DNA from: Octopus bimaculoides
Taxonomy: Eukaryota
Direction of reading: 5' to 3'
Length of the DNA stretch: 64,000 nucleotides
Assembly (NCBI RefSeq): GCF_001194135.2
Contig: NC_068984.1
Span: 36,361,917-36,425,916, forward strand
The position numbers were made by a program, and so were the translations under genes. Positions within the stretch are counted from its first letter, which is position 1; the number at the start of each line of letters is the position of its first letter. Shown here in pieces: positions 12,283-25,999 of this stretch. Below the pieces are notes generated by a model. That model was not told where the DNA came from and made no database searches. It saw nothing but the letters and a program-made list of their open reading frames with translations.

Positions 12283-13190
12283 GATTTTTAAATTATGTCT
12301 GTTGAGGATCTTCCTATAATTATGGTTAACTGGAAAATGTCTGTCTATCAATGCCAACGATAGACTTAGTTACATCAATGTAGGGTCCTGCCATCACCCC
12401 ATAGTGTTTAGAAATTTAGTTTAGAACATTAGTAAAAGAATATCTAGCCTCTCCTCTGATAAGGACATTTTCAATAGCGTTGCCCCAGTATATAATAAGG
12501 CTCTAGAAGATAGTGGTTTTAACGAGGGAATAACCTATACACCTACCACCAGTCCAGTAGCAAAGAGAAGAAAGCATAGGAATAGGAAAATCATCTGGTT
12601 CACACACCTCTACGCACCTGAAGTGATATTTAATATACGCAGATATTAAAGGTATTGATAGACAGACACTTTCCAGATAACCATAATTATAGGAAGATCT
12701 TCAACAGACATAGCTTAAAAATCAGTTTCAGCTCAACTGCTAATTTTAAGAACATAATCGCACACAACACACAAAAGCCGCAATATGAAGCCAGCTGTTC
12801 ATGCAGAGATAAAAACTTGTGCCCGCTAAATGGAGCTTGCATGTCCGAAACCATCATTTATGAAACCACCGTAGATTCTGTATTCACTAAGAACGTAGTT
12901 TCCACGAAGAAATACGTGAGCCTCACAGAGGGTAATTTCAAGGCCAGATACAATAATCACACTTTGAGTTTCAGGCACTGGAACAAAAGAAAAACGACAA
13001 AATTATCCAGTCATATATGGTCTTTAAAAGATAAAGGTGTCAGTTACAACATCCATTGGAAGATCCTAGCCAAGTGTAAACCTTACACCAGCGGCAGCGA
13101 AAGGTGCGGTCTATGTGATATGGAAAGATGTCTCATCTGGAAAGGCAGCTTGGACCATATCGCATGTTTATGTTTTTTCCCCTCCAAACT
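12283..13190 (+). mobile_element. Penelope-like element family P1: RT thumb/linker and GIY-YIG endonuclease, decayed
   Basis: Motifs YINVGSCHHP, NISKRISSLSSDKDIFN, KALEDSGF, RNRKIIWF, DRHFP...KIFNR, CSCRDKNLCPLNGAC, IIYETTV...YVSLTEGNFKARYNNH...LSSHIWSLK...W...CGLCDME are typical of Penelope/Poseidon ORFs; stops and frameshifts are present. Confidence 0.92.
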
Positions 13191-13420
13191 TCTTTCCTGT
13201 ACGCTTATAGACACGTACAAGGAACCATATATGCGCGCGATTGTCAGTGTGCGCGTGGATGCGTGCGTATGTAGATATATGCGTGCGTATATAGAGATAT
13301 GTGCGTGCATATATGGATATATACGTGCATGCGATAATATACGCAATTTTAGACGCGTTTTGTCACTACACAGTAATTTCCCTTTGTTTTTAATGGTCAT
13401 TTTTCACAGGAATTTTCAAT

Positions 13421-13494
13421 TGGCCGGATAACTGAGGAGATGTTGGCGTGGGCTCCGACTCTGGCATCCGAAACTTGGAGTTTTATCATGGCTA
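13421..13494 (+). ncRNA. Putative minimal type I hammerhead ribozyme (HHR1) in the PLE 3' region
   Basis: CTGAGGA core 13432-38; stem II GATGTTGG/CTGGCATC; GAAA 13470-73; stem III ACT/AGT; GUU triplet 13480-82; stem I GATAA/TTATC extended by TGGCCG/TGGCTA. One extra C lies at the base of stem II. Confidence 0.72.
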
Positions 13495-13797
13495 CTGAAT
13501 AAGTGTCACATATTTTTACAGATATATATATATATANNNNNNNNNNNNNNNNNNNNNNNNNNNNNNNNNNNNNNNNNNNNNNNNNNNNNNNNNNNNNNNN
13601 NNNNNNNNNNNNNNNNNNNNNNNNNNNNNNNNNNNNNNNNNNNNNNNNNNNNNNNNNNNNNNNNNNNNNNNNNNNNNNNNNNNNNNNNNNNNNNNNNNNN
13701 NNNNNNNNNNNNNNNNNNNNNNNNNNNNNNNNNNNNNNNNNNNNNNNNNNNNNNNNNNNNNNNNNNNNNNNNNNNNNNNNNNNNNNNNNNNNNNNNN

Positions 13798-13849
<52 letters not shown>

Positions 13850-14888
13850 TGTGTGTGTGAAGATATTTTATTTCAGACAAATCCACGGTGTCGTACCTTC
13901 TGAAAGCGCATATATTTATTAAAGATACACACTCGTTGGGAATAGTTTTGAGAACGCTTCTATGTCTATTAGAGCAGATAACTTTTGAGAATGTTTCCAC
14001 ATGCCTACATGTGTTGGTGCACTCATTTCTCATATTTTCCTCTATAATTATATTGCAGCCGTCTGACTTGATCTCATTGCCAGTTTTGACAGACATATTC
14101 TACATTCCTATGGTCAGCTCTTTGTTACGTACCGTGCTTGGTACATATTAACAACAATTCTTATCTGTTTTCTTATTTTATATTGCTGTGTCAGCATATT
14201 GCACAGCTGACATTGTTGCCAACTCAATATTGAATGTGCTCCAAATGACAGCTAGAAATAAATGTTGTTCTTAATGTAATTACCGTACGGATTGCATACA
14301 AGGCATAAAAATTATTTTATCACTTCACTAAATAGAGTTTGTGATGCCTGATTCTATTGCACATGGGATTATTCTTTTCCCGCAATAAGCTTGACAAAAA
14401 GTAAGACGAGTAAAAAGAAAAAAAATTAAAACAAATTTACATTAATTGATAAACTTGACATATTTTTCCAGGAGGAATGCTAAATGTGAAAATAAGCCGT
14501 ATATCATACTGATATAGGTAATGATAATGTTAAATGAATTTATCGCTATGAGATACGTATATATATCTGCATCTCAATCTAGCTGTCTGTCTCTCTCTGT
14601 CTCTCTTTCTCTGTCTGTGTATCTGTCTCTGTGTCTTTCTCTCTTCTCCCACTCTCTCACTCTCTCTATATATATCACTGCACCCACACATGACGAATAC
14701 ATACATATATGTGTGTGTGTGTATGTGCGCGCGTGTGCGTGTGTACGTACAAACACACACACGCACGCATGTGTCTGTGCATGCATGCATAACCTTCGTA
14801 CGTTTTATGCATTTATATTTTCTCTTTTCAATATTCTTATAATGCTTCCCTCTGTCTCTCCCCTTTTCTTTTTATCTCTATCTATATT

Positions 14889-14899
<11 letters not shown>

Positions 14900-14922
<23 letters not shown>

Positions 14923-14957
14923 CGCGTGTGTGCTTGTGTGTGTGTATGTTTGTGCGT

Positions 14958-15030
<73 letters not shown>
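14900..15030. repeat. (TA)n and (TG)n microsatellites
   Basis: Direct read. Confidence 0.9.
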
Positions 15031-15031
<1 letters not shown>

Positions 15032-15689
15032 TTGACTTTCTTTTTCAGTAAGAAATTAAGAAATCAAAGGATATTGTACTTGAAGATTGATTGTTAACCG
15101 ATCCTGACGGCCACCAAGGAATTTCCTATTTTCTCTTATTCTATTAATTGACTGTGCCATTTACGAATATATTAATGCAGATTATTTGTTCGTTACTAAC
15201 ATCGACATGAAATTCCACATCCCAGTTGATATTTTTCCTGCTTGTTATTAGCGTTTAAGATTATATCTAATTTAGTTCCAAATGATTGTCCTCACAACAG
15301 CATTTGCTAAAAACATGAAATGGCCTCTATAACTGTGCAAAGATATTTCTGATGGTTTAAGCAGGTGAAAAATGTGGCAATGACTATGATATGAACTGGC
15401 GGCTCTCCAATGCTGCAGGGATTCAAATATGCCTTCAGCATTAGTCCCTGATTTTAGGGCTAGATAACACGGGTATTTCACGTCTTACGGATACAGGCTT
15501 GAAGCTAGACATTAATTATGAGAAATATGGCGAGGGACAATATGAATGTCAAAGGGAAAATATGCAGTTTTATATATTTGACATGATTGTAGATGACTTT
15601 CAACTCCTATATTGTTGATAACTTATAATAATAATAATATATTATGTCTTATCCTTCATTCTAACAGTGGTCGTGTGGATTTGTGTTGT

Positions 15690-16343
15690 AAAACAATATT
15701 GTACAAGCAACTGAAAACAAGTGAAAATCAAAATAGATGGGTAAAGAAAAGAATGCATGAACAATTTCATAAGGATGTTGAAGATAAGACAGAGAGAGAA
15801 CAAAGATGACTGTGGATGACTAAAAGTGATTCAAAACCGGAAACGGAGACTCGAATTTCTACTGCCAAAGAGCAAGCACTAAGAACAACCTACATAAAAT
15901 ACAGAAATGACAACGCATCAGAAAGTGATAAGATCAGAATCTGTGCACAAAATGGTGAAACCGTATGGCATATTACCACCCAATATACGCCACAAGACCA
16001 GAAGGAATATAAAAGACGCCACGACAATATAGCAAGGCTTGTCCATAGGACGCTTTACAACAAGTATGGTCTTGACAGAGAAAAAACATTGGTACTGTCA
16101 TAAACTCGAAGGCATCATTGAAAATGATAATGCAAAGATCCTGTGGTATTTTATGATTCAGTGCGTTCATGAGATAGGAAATATGAAGCCAGACATAGTT
16201 TTATTGAGAAAGAAAATAAACTATGCTGGATCATAGATATAGGATGACCAGCTGACAACAAAGTATGCAATAAGGAAGAAAGAAAAGTCGATAGATATGA
16301 CAGATTAGCTTGGGAAGTTAAACAGTTGTGATCGATGAAAAAA
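15690..16343 (+). mobile_element. R4/Dong-clade ORF fragment with zinc-knuckle and RLE (PD-(D/E)xK) region
   Basis: KPETE...EQALRT, RICAQNGETVWHI, EYKRRHDNIARLVH, WY.H.LEGIIENDNAKILWYF.IQ...MKPDIV, EERKVDRYDRLAWEVKQL; (TAA)n lies just upstream at about 15626-15640. Confidence 0.9.
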
Positions 16344-16425
16344 GCAGTACAGATTCGAGCCTCCGTTTCCGGTTTTAAATCACTTTTAGTCATCCACAGT
16401 CATCTTTTTCTCTCTTTGTTTTATC
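16344..16425 (-). repeat. Inverted copy of 15783-15865 (R4/Dong internal segment)
   Basis: Reverse complement matches the left copy over about 82 nt with roughly 8 differences. Confidence 0.9.
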
Positions 16426-17010
16426 AAATGGATCTGTGAAAATTTCCTAGGCAACAAGTGTTCTCTAGAGTTTAGAGATAGAGTGAAATGTCTTCTAGAC
16501 GCCTACGCTGCAATGGGCTGTCAGATGTCACTAAACGTCCATTTCCTTGATTCATATCAGGGCTTTTTGAAGAGAACCTTGGAGCAGTGTCTGATGAGAA
16601 AGATATTGCACCGATACAACAAAGATATCAAGGATTTTGGAACGCAGTAATGTTAGCTGACTACTGTTGGATGTTATAGAGGGATGAACCTGAGACAAAA
16701 CACCATAGAAAGTCCAAATCCAAGAGATTTTAAGTTGTTATGCATTTGAGTGTACTCTAACTTATTTGTATACAATAATTTTAATTTTGTACAATAAAAA
16801 GGCATGAAATAATCGTATCTTGTATTCAATATACTTTATATAAACATGTTTTACATATCCTATATGATAAAACAGCAGGTATAATTAACATGAAAATGTG
16901 ACCTAATAGAGGAAATCGGACTTCAGATTCGTAATCAGTATCAAAAATTAACCCAGAAATGTCAATCAGCAACTCTGATGATTGAAAGAAGTTTCACTTT
17001 GTTCACCAGT
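16426..17010 (+). mobile_element. Chapaev3-like (CMC superfamily) transposon: transposase C-terminus and right end
   Basis: FLGNK...AMGCQMSLNVHFLDS...ENLGAVSDE[HGERFH lost]KDIAPIQQRYQGFWNAVMLADYCWML; the 3' noncoding end finishes ...ttgttcaccagt, as in recalled Chapaev3 termini. Confidence 0.8.
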
Positions 17011-17431
17011 TTTATTTAAGGCATCGGTGAAGAGCTTCTATAAAAGACGTCAATCGGCATTTATATCGAACGTTATTAGCGAGGTAAATTTCAATAGTCG
17101 AAGAATATAAAAAAATTATCATATTAGCAAAGATTAATTGATTTTATGTCTACATAGAAACTCAAATTCTGAAGGCTAATAATTTAGATCGAAAAAAGTT
17201 CAGAACAAGAATATAGTGCAAACAACTTCTTTGTACAACATGGAAATTTAGTATGAGACACATAATACTTTGCACGTGTTATTTATTTTACCCTTACGCT
17301 AGGACTCAATGCTTGCGATATAATCTTGCGGAATGATATTTATAGGTAAATGAAATAAAATGAACCTGATTTCTACTTACATTCACTGAAAGAAAAACAG
17401 CATTTTTTCCACATCTTGTTGGAGTTAACTA

Positions 17432-18671
17432 ACGAGGGTGGGCCGAAAAGTAAATAGGCTGAAGAAGAAGGAGTGATGCTAGAGCTATGAAAACTTGTAG
17501 GCATTAAATTCAACTCTTCTTGATAATAACTGCATCATTTGGTATCAGGTAAACTGGAATCTGTCTCTTCAAAGATTTCAAAAATAACTAGTAACTACTT
17601 CTCTTGAAAATAGACGAATGTTGGCATCGTGATATTGTCAAATACCTGCAGAAAAGGATTTCAGCCCCCAAAGACATTTTGGCTGAAATGGTTACTACTT
17701 TAGGGGATGGCGCTCTAGTTTTATCAACTGTACAAAAGTGAGCAGCTGAAATTAAAAGGAGAAGGAACAGTCTTGAAGTTGACCCAAGATATGGAAGACC
17801 TGCAACTGCCACCACCGAAGAAAATATTGAGTATTCACCACATGTTGAGGATAACCAGCGATGAAGTATAAATCAAATAGCCAATCCAATTAGCATAACC
17901 CATAAGAGAGTTGATAATATATATGCTACAGAATGAACTTAGCATGACGAACGTTTCTCGTCTGTGGATACCAAGTTTTCTAACAACTGATCAAATGCGA
18001 ACCTGAGTTGAACACAGCATGGGAAAATCTCGTGTTGCTTGAGACAGGTCTAGCTGATTTTTTTAACGTTTCATAATTTAGGAAAATTGTCGGGATCACC
18101 ACTTTGAAACCGGGATATAGGGACAATCTATGCAGTGGAAGAACCTCCTCCTCACCTGTTCCAAAGATGGCCATGGTCGTTTCATCTGCAGGGAATTTTA
18201 TGACTTCAGCTTTTGGGGATGCGAAAGACATTGTGTTTATTGACTCTCTTCAAAATAGCCGCATAATTAAGAGAATGTGATGCCAATTTTCAGAGGCAAT
18301 TACAAAAGGCTATCAAGACCAAACGTCCATAAGAACTGACGAAAGTTTGCTCTAGCATATTAGTCCTCGCTGTCAATGGCTGCTATAGTCACTGGCTTTG
18401 AACTGGTTTGTTACCATCCACAGTCTTCTGGTTTCGCCCCATCTAACAGTCATATGTTCCACAACAGGAAAAGAAGCTTTGCTGGAAATCAGTGTCCCCG
18501 TGATTATGTTGTCATATACTCTTTTGATGATATTTTTGACTAACAATATGTAAGCTTCATCACCAATGGTAGTCAACCCCTGTAATAGACGCAGTATGTG
18601 GAATTCAAGGAGGACTGTGTTGAAAAACAAACTTCATTTGGTCAGCCTATGAACTTTTCAGTGAATCTTCG
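17432..18671 (+). mobile_element. Full-length decayed mariner element (about 1.24 kb)
   Basis: Imperfect TIRs (acgagggtgggccgaaaagtaaataggctga / reverse complement tacgaagattcactgaaaagttcataggctga) and terminal TA. Transposase relics DPRYGRP, LWIP, QSMQWK, GNFMTSAFGDAKDIVFID and HPQSSGFAPS carry many stops. Confidence 0.9.
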
Positions 18672-19480
18672 TAGCTGCCTTTTGTTTGCAAAGCTTCTGT
18701 ATTTTAGATGCAAATTGTCTAAAATTATTAATGTAGTATTTCAGTTTTAGTGGTAGACATTGTGATAAGAAACAATGTTATATCAGAGGAAAATGTAAAC
18801 AGGTTATTTATAACGGACACATTGTTTTTAAAAAAATAACAAATGCATTGTCTTAAAGGCTATTAAATGGGTGAATTCTCGCAAGATGAGAACCGCAACA
18901 AAGATAATAATTGAAGCGAATTAAAGGAACTCCATAAGAATTTATTGATATTTACAATAGCGAAAATTATTTATTGCCATGATTTCAACAAATACTTTTG
19001 AACTATTCGACAATTTTCTAATGAGAAGATTTCAAATAATACTAGAGTACATAAGTTAGTAATAGATATGATGTGTAAATATTTCAACTAATTGCTATCG
19101 TCAATTGACAAAAGAATAACTGAATTTAGATATTTAGTATATTTGTCAATAACAACGTAAATTGGCAACTATATAATATTATTTAAATTTGTAAGTTTAA
19201 AAAAATATACCCACAATCAGATATTGACAACCAGCATTTGTGTGTGTGTGCGTAATGTGTATGTGAAGGTAGGTATATGTGTGTATGAATATGAATAGCA
19301 GTACGCATACCTATATTCATATTCACACAAAAACACGGAGACATACCTGCTTCATATTAATACACATACACACAACACACACACATATAATTATACGTCT
19401 ATGTGTCTGAATATCAATATATGTATGCGTTCACGTATAATTATGTGTGTGTGTATATGTATTCATATATATATATATAT

Positions 19481-19901
19481 ACTCTTTACTCTCTTACTAT
19501 TTTACTTGTTTAAGTCATTTGACTGCGGCCATGTTGGAGCACCGCCTTTAGTCGAGAAAATCGACCCCAGGACTTATTCTTTGTAAGCCTAGTGCTTATT
19601 CTATCAATCTCTTCTGCTGAACCGCTAAGTTACGGGAACGCAAACACACCAGCATCGGTTGTCAAGCGAAATTGGGACGACAAACACAGACACACAAACA
19701 TATACACACACATACATTTACATATATATACATATATACGATGGGCTTCTTTCAGTTTCCGTCTACCAAATCCACTCACAAGGCTTTGGTCGGCCCTAGG
19801 CTATAGTGGAAGACACTTGCCCAAGGTGCCACGCAGTGGGACTGAACCCAGAACCACGTGGTTGGTAAGCAAGCTACTTACCACACAGCCACTCCTGCAC
19901 C
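19481..19901 (-). mobile_element. SINE family B (tRNA head, CORE-like domain, microsatellite spacer, RTE-like tail), full length
   Basis: Minus strand: A box TGGCTGTGTGG, B box GGTTCAGTCCC, ccttgggcaagtgtctt (CORE-like), tail ctccaacatggccgcagtcaaatgac; resembles recalled octopus OR-type SINEs. Confidence 0.9.
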
Positions 19902-20399
19902 TATATATATATATCAGTCTATGTATAATTTGTGCCGAAGTGCACAAGCATGTGTGTGTATTTATGAAAATATCAGAATGGATTGGTGATGCAGAAAATA
20001 AGTAATGTACTTCATATGAAGCACTTGCTTCAATTTACTCTGACCATTAGGTTGCTGGATATTATGAAAGTAATCCGCAGTTTGAATCTCAGAATAATGA
20101 TTCTAGGAACTTTTAACACAATGCAGGCATGCCTGCGCTCAGGTACAAACCCAGGCAAAATCATGCACAAACATTCACATAAACGCACACACAACCACAA
20201 AATGCATAAAGTATTGGTATTAGGCTTAAAATTGAAGTTAAATATTTCCACAGAGTAATATGTAAACAACGATATCTACGGTTATTAAATTATGAAGTAT
20301 AGATATATGAAAATCAAAAAAGTTAACATTCACTAAAATCCACAACTGCCTGAGTTTTCAAATAAATAAATGAATATATAAATAAAAAATAAATAAACC

Positions 20400-20478
20400 C
20401 ATACATGCATGCATGCATACATACATGCATGCATACATACATACATACATACATACATACATACATACATACATACAT
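20400..20478. repeat. (CATA)n/(CATG)n microsatellite
   Basis: Direct read. Confidence 0.9.
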
Positions 20479-22271
20479 AGAGCCTTGCATCTTTGTGGAA
20501 ACTGGCTCCGTACTCAATGGAACATTTATAATAATTAAAAAATAGAAGATACATAAATACTTACATACATATATGCATACCTACATACAAATTTGTTCGT
20601 CATAGCCAGTTGATAAGAAAAGACAACCTTCACTTTCTGGTCAAAGATAGAAGCAATGTGAATTTTTATTTCGATGAATATGTCACGCAAGAAATTTTTG
20701 AAACCTGTGATGCCCAGGCAATGAAGAAATATATATTTGAGATTTCTGTTTTGCTTTCAGGAAAGCCAACAACTCAATTAGCTTTAACAAAGATCTGTAC
20801 GGCTGAATATAATACATCTTATTTATAGACATAATACAATACAGAAAATTTTTACTGCAATCATGCAAAATAATAGCATGTCGCAATATTTTGCTGGAGT
20901 CTAAATGGTAACATTTATGTAATGTTCTGCTTTTAACTAAAGTTTCCTGAGAACAAATATCCTGTGACTGATCGTACTGCAGATTATCTGCATATGTGTT
21001 TTCTTGCATCAAACAGATTTGTCTTCATGTATGTCACAAATTCTTTCTAATATTTTTCTTTCTTTCCACCGTATTTTCATCAGTATCATCATTACTATCT
21101 TCAACATCATCATAACCGTGCTCGTCATCAACCCCTGCATCATCTAACAAATATAATATTTGTATCGGTAACAAAGACTGATATCTCTCTTAAAATCATT
21201 AACAGCTCAAACTACATTGTTCTCCATCGGGTTGTTGAGTATAGCTTTGGAAGTATTCACACTGTCTCTTCTTTTTCACATGTTATTACTTGAATATTAT
21301 CACGTCGTGTTGCTGTATTACGTAATTTATTCACAAACAATTCGATATTATGTATATCAGAATAGTTTATAGCAAAATAAGATCATTAATATTCTATTGA
21401 CAGACTGCTTACCATGCTGGGGAAAATGTCATCTTTTAAATGGCAAGCCCCACACTGACAAAAAAAAAAACATTTAAAGTCCTGCACTAGTTTTTTTCAT
21501 TTTTCACATCTAAATCATTATTGTTTTTAGGCTTTCTGCTCAGCACAAATTACACTTCTGTCGAACTTTCCTTTTCCAAATTATCTAGCTTAGCATCGTA
21601 AGAACAGTTGTATTGATTAAGATGAAAATTATGGGCTAAAGTATTGTCTAAGAGGAAAAGTCTGATTTAAGTTTCCTACACCACATTATCAGGGATCTGA
21701 CATAATTATAATTTTCTACATAAAATATATTAGAGATGTACAATATGCGCTTTTTATCTCGTGCCAGGTCAGCTCTGATTGAATAGTTGTTTTACCAATT
21801 ATGTTCCAAACATCACTACCCTATATTTCTTTGGATAAGTATATCTGAATCTACATTAGTCAATGTTTTATATGATATGATAAAGAAGAAAAATGTTGTC
21901 ACTGTTAATCTAGCAACGCCTACTAGCATATATAGTTTTTACTTCCAGTCTCCTAAATTTACATATACGCAAATAGGACGTTCTTATAATCAAACATTAA
22001 TGGCAATTTTATTTGCATGGACTCGTTCAACCTCACCCTCTATCTCACATGCTATGATAAGTATCTTCATCATCTGAAAATTTAATTCAATAAATGGTTT
22101 ATTAAGCAGATATTAGTTGCTGTTTTTTATTTTATTTTTTTTGGCATTTACTAGGAATAAATTTTTATAAACTATTGCTGCCGATGCCACTATTGATTAA
22201 GGAAATAACTAACAATGAATAATAGAGCGTAGAGGGAAATAATATTTGATTAAGTATATATTTTATATTAT

Positions 22272-22642
22272 ACTTGTTTCAGTCATGAGACTGCAGCCAT
22301 GCTGGAGCACGAAGAGTTTTTTAGTCGAATGAATGAGCCCCAGTACTTATTTTTTAAACCTGGTACATAGTCTAACGATCTCTTCTACCGAACCGCTAGT
22401 TTACTGTAACACAGACACAACAGCACCGGTTGTCAAGCGGTGGTTGTCGGGACCAATCAACCACATAAAGACATGCGCACACATAAATAGATGCATACAT
22501 ATATACGACAGGCGTCTTTTAGTTTCCGTCTTGCAAATCCACTCACAAGGCTTTGGTTGGCTCGAGACTACAGTGGAAGACTCTTGCCGAAGGTGCCTCG
22601 CAGTAAGACTGAACCCGAAACCATGTAGCTGGGAGGCAAGCT
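22272..22642 (-). mobile_element. SINE family B copy
   Basis: Colinear with 19481-19901. Confidence 0.88.
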
Positions 22643-23347
22643 GTAATCGTGTAATCGTGCCTAGTCTGTATTTCCATTATCTAGAAGAATTTGTAACTGT
22701 ACTCTTTACGGCGACTCTAGCACACATATTTTAAAATATATTCAGTCACTATATATGTACCTGGAAATGTTAATAATAACGCAATCGTAATGAAACTTCC
22801 GTAGCACTTGCGCATTTAATCAAGCCGCTTGCATTGTCATTTTAAATGCATTCATTCAAATTGTATTCACTGTCAGAGTAAAAAACAGAGAAAAGACTGA
22901 AAAATGCGTTCGGTGTCTTATGAATACGCCATAACCGCAAATGGGATACTTTTGGTCGTAGACTTGGTAGATCGAGGTGAGCATCGGTCCTAAAACACAC
23001 ATACTAAAATACACATAACACATATACATGTGTGTGTGTGTGTATAAATATATATACATATATGTACATATATGTAGAAATATATATATANNNNNNNNNN
23101 NNNNNNNNNNNNNNNNNNNNNNNNNNNNNNNNNNNNNNNNNNNNNNNNNNNNNNNNNNNNNNNNNNNNNNNNNNNNNNNNNNNNNNNNNNNNNNNNNNNN
23201 NNNNNNNNNNNNNNNNNNNNNNNNNNNNNNNNNNNNNNNNNNNNNNNNNNNNNNNNNNNNNNNNNNNNNNNNNNNNNNNNNNNNNNNNNNNNNNNNNNNN
23301 NNNNNNNNNNNNNNNNNNNNNNNNNNNNNNNNNNNNNNNNNNNNNNN

Positions 23348-23410
<63 letters not shown>

Positions 23411-24442
23411 GTATGTATATATGTATATATGTTCGATAACAATTATTCAAATTTATATAAACACGAGAAAGTGCAATCACACTTAAACAAAATATTTTTA
23501 AAAAATAAGTAGAAAGAATATTTATCTCGTAATGTAATCTTGCTACTCCCTATCTTTGTCCAGCAGAATTTTTTATGGACCATTAAGTACGTATTTTAAG
23601 GTATGGAACACTAATTTCTGCAGACATATATTATAGTTATATTCCCTATAATGACTTTATTTCTTAAATTTGCTTTATCTTTACAGGCATCCAAGAATAG
23701 TATAGAATAAAACGTATCTCTATAAATATTATCTGTAACGTTTATCCCTAATGGTACTAGAGTCAGAATGTAATAGAAAAATGATTATTTCTTATATTTT
23801 GGCATCTTCTCTTACTTTTTTGGAAATACATTTTAATTTATTAGTAAACATCTATTACTTGTAATTATGATACGATTGTAGATTGGCAGAAGCGTTAGAA
23901 CATCCGGTAAACTTGTTTGCTATATTTAGTTATCGACTTTTCAATTCTGATTTCATATCACATCGAAATCAATGGTATAAGACAAATTTTTTGACTTATC
24001 TCTCTGCACAACTTTATAGATTTGTACCTGTTAAAAAATATTATATGTGTCCATGATAATTATAGCAAGGCAACAATGTAAATATTATTAGACTGAAGGC
24101 ACTCCGAGTTCCGAACCGGCTAGTTCTGCTTGGACTCCACTCCACATATTGTGTGAAAGGAACACATAATATTATCGGATGTTTGCCTACAAATCTATTT
24201 ATCGTTCGTATGAATTTCAAGTTTTAATAATATTGCTATCTTCTGAGTTAAAATCGTTACCTTCTTCACCCAGGTGAAGTTTGCCTAGCCTCCATTGGTT
24301 GTGAATAAAATAAAGTGCTATTCTAGTATTACAGTCGATCTCATTGATTAGCCCCCGCTCCATCAATACCGCCTATGTCAGATCACAATTATTTTCATAT
24401 CCTTATATGCACTAGTTCTTATAATATGATACGTACCATCTG

Positions 24443-24580
24443 TCGGTGAGTTGTATGAATCGTTAGGAAATCGGAAACACGCTTTGCCTTATTCATTCTC
24501 AGTTCAAATCCTGCTGATTTTAAGTTTACACTTCATCATTTTGAGGCCGATATGATAACGAGTGAATGAGGTACTGAGAT
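24443..24580 (+). mobile_element. Degenerate SINE family A
   Basis: cggtgagttg...tcagttcaaatcctgct...ttcatcattttgaggccgat aligns loosely; a similar relic lies at about 23880-24035. Confidence 0.5.
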
Positions 24581-25999
24581 TTTACGCCAGTGGAAACCCC
24601 CACCCATCTAAATATGTGCAGATCAAATATAGTTATTTTTCATATCGCTAAATGCATTAGAAGTAATAACCCACACCTCCTAAGTTTGCAAGTCAAAAGA
24701 AAAAAATTCTGTGAGGCTGCAACTACACTGACGTGGTTCATCTTAGCATTTAGCAATAGAGCACGTGGTATAGTTAACCTTCTGTTATGCAGTAGGGGCA
24801 CGAGAGCGGACGTGCTGTATGAGAGCAATATTTGCTTTCTATTTGTAAAAAGATGCAGTAGTGATTGCCTGTAAAGTCTAATTGATGTTTAATTTCAGCA
24901 TCTTGTGATGTTGGTAGATACTCTAGGTATATAATATGATCGCGAAAACTTCTTGTAATGTATGTGTTATGTTGGGAATGTTGGTACATGTTTAATATTG
25001 TTTAAGCCGATGACAATTTTAACATGAAGCAAAAGAGAACGAGGACGAAAACATAAATCATGACTAGTCGTTTAAAACATTTAGAAGAATTTCTAGACAT
25101 CTCGACTGAACTGGGAAGTAATTTCTTCAATGCAATTTAGAAAATTCTCATTTATAAACATCTGTACCGCCTACCGTATATGAGAAGTAATCTCCAGGAT
25201 AAATTTCGTGCAGTTAAAATGTCAGTGATCGCTTTTCAAATATAACATTATGAGTTGAACTTGTACAAAAGAACTAGATGTTGACAATACATCTGTTCTT
25301 GGAACGATATACTTTCATACAAGACCATAAATATTAGCATTTTGAAGAATATGAAAACATTGTTGTCAATAGGTAGCAAAGGAGATTACTGTAAATACAT
25401 ACGCCATAAATGCGTAACATCGATATTTCTGTATTTAGATATCACGTACTTAAATGTTTTATAAAGAAAAGTATTGGATGCATTTCTGGAATTTCCCAGT
25501 TTTCAGTAGGTGGTTATGTTGGTTAAAAGCCATTGAAGTAAATGTTGTGTCACATTTATGTACTTGCGTCTCCAAAATTATCTTCTAGTTTCATAAATAG
25601 ATTCTACAAGGTATATCCTGCTTGCAAAACATCAATAGAAGGTTTGGAGTTGAATAGGAAGCCAAATAATTTGACTAATATCATTTTTCATTTTTCACTT
25701 ATTTTTACTTCATCCGGCAAGGAATACAGGGTATGCAAAATAGATGCATACGAGTGTCAGAGGAAACATTATTAAATCTAGTCAGGCAGTATCAGGAAAT
25801 AATGTATTCGACGACACATTAGTGGGTGACAGCTTGGCCTGATTTCCAGCTGCGTATAGAATAAAAACGAGTTAATACTAACTACAAATATTTTCATAAA
25901 ACTTCTGTGTACCATTTTTACTTGAACATAGCTGCGAAAGAGATAGTTTTAGCTTGCTGAACACCTCTAATTTCAACTCCACTGGAAAATGTTATCACA

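Noticed and set aside
17375-17400. Minus-strand TTTTTCTTTCAG|TGAAT|GTAAGT, a perfect acceptor and donor around 5 nt
   Set aside because: A 5-nt exon cannot be supported without junction reads, and chance occurrence is likely in 64 kb of AT-rich DNA.
19830-19901. tRNA gene calls at SINE heads (also 30775, 62068)
   Set aside because: A/B boxes are present but no cloverleaf, and each continues into a SINE body.
20610-21012. Overlapping 72-aa and 109-aa ORFs
   Set aside because: No family motif could be named with confidence; possibly a decayed transposon.
24090-24125. ctgaaggcactccgagttccgaaccggctag, a hammerhead-like string
   Set aside because: Both core strands deviate (CTGAAGG, GAAC) and the stems are weak.
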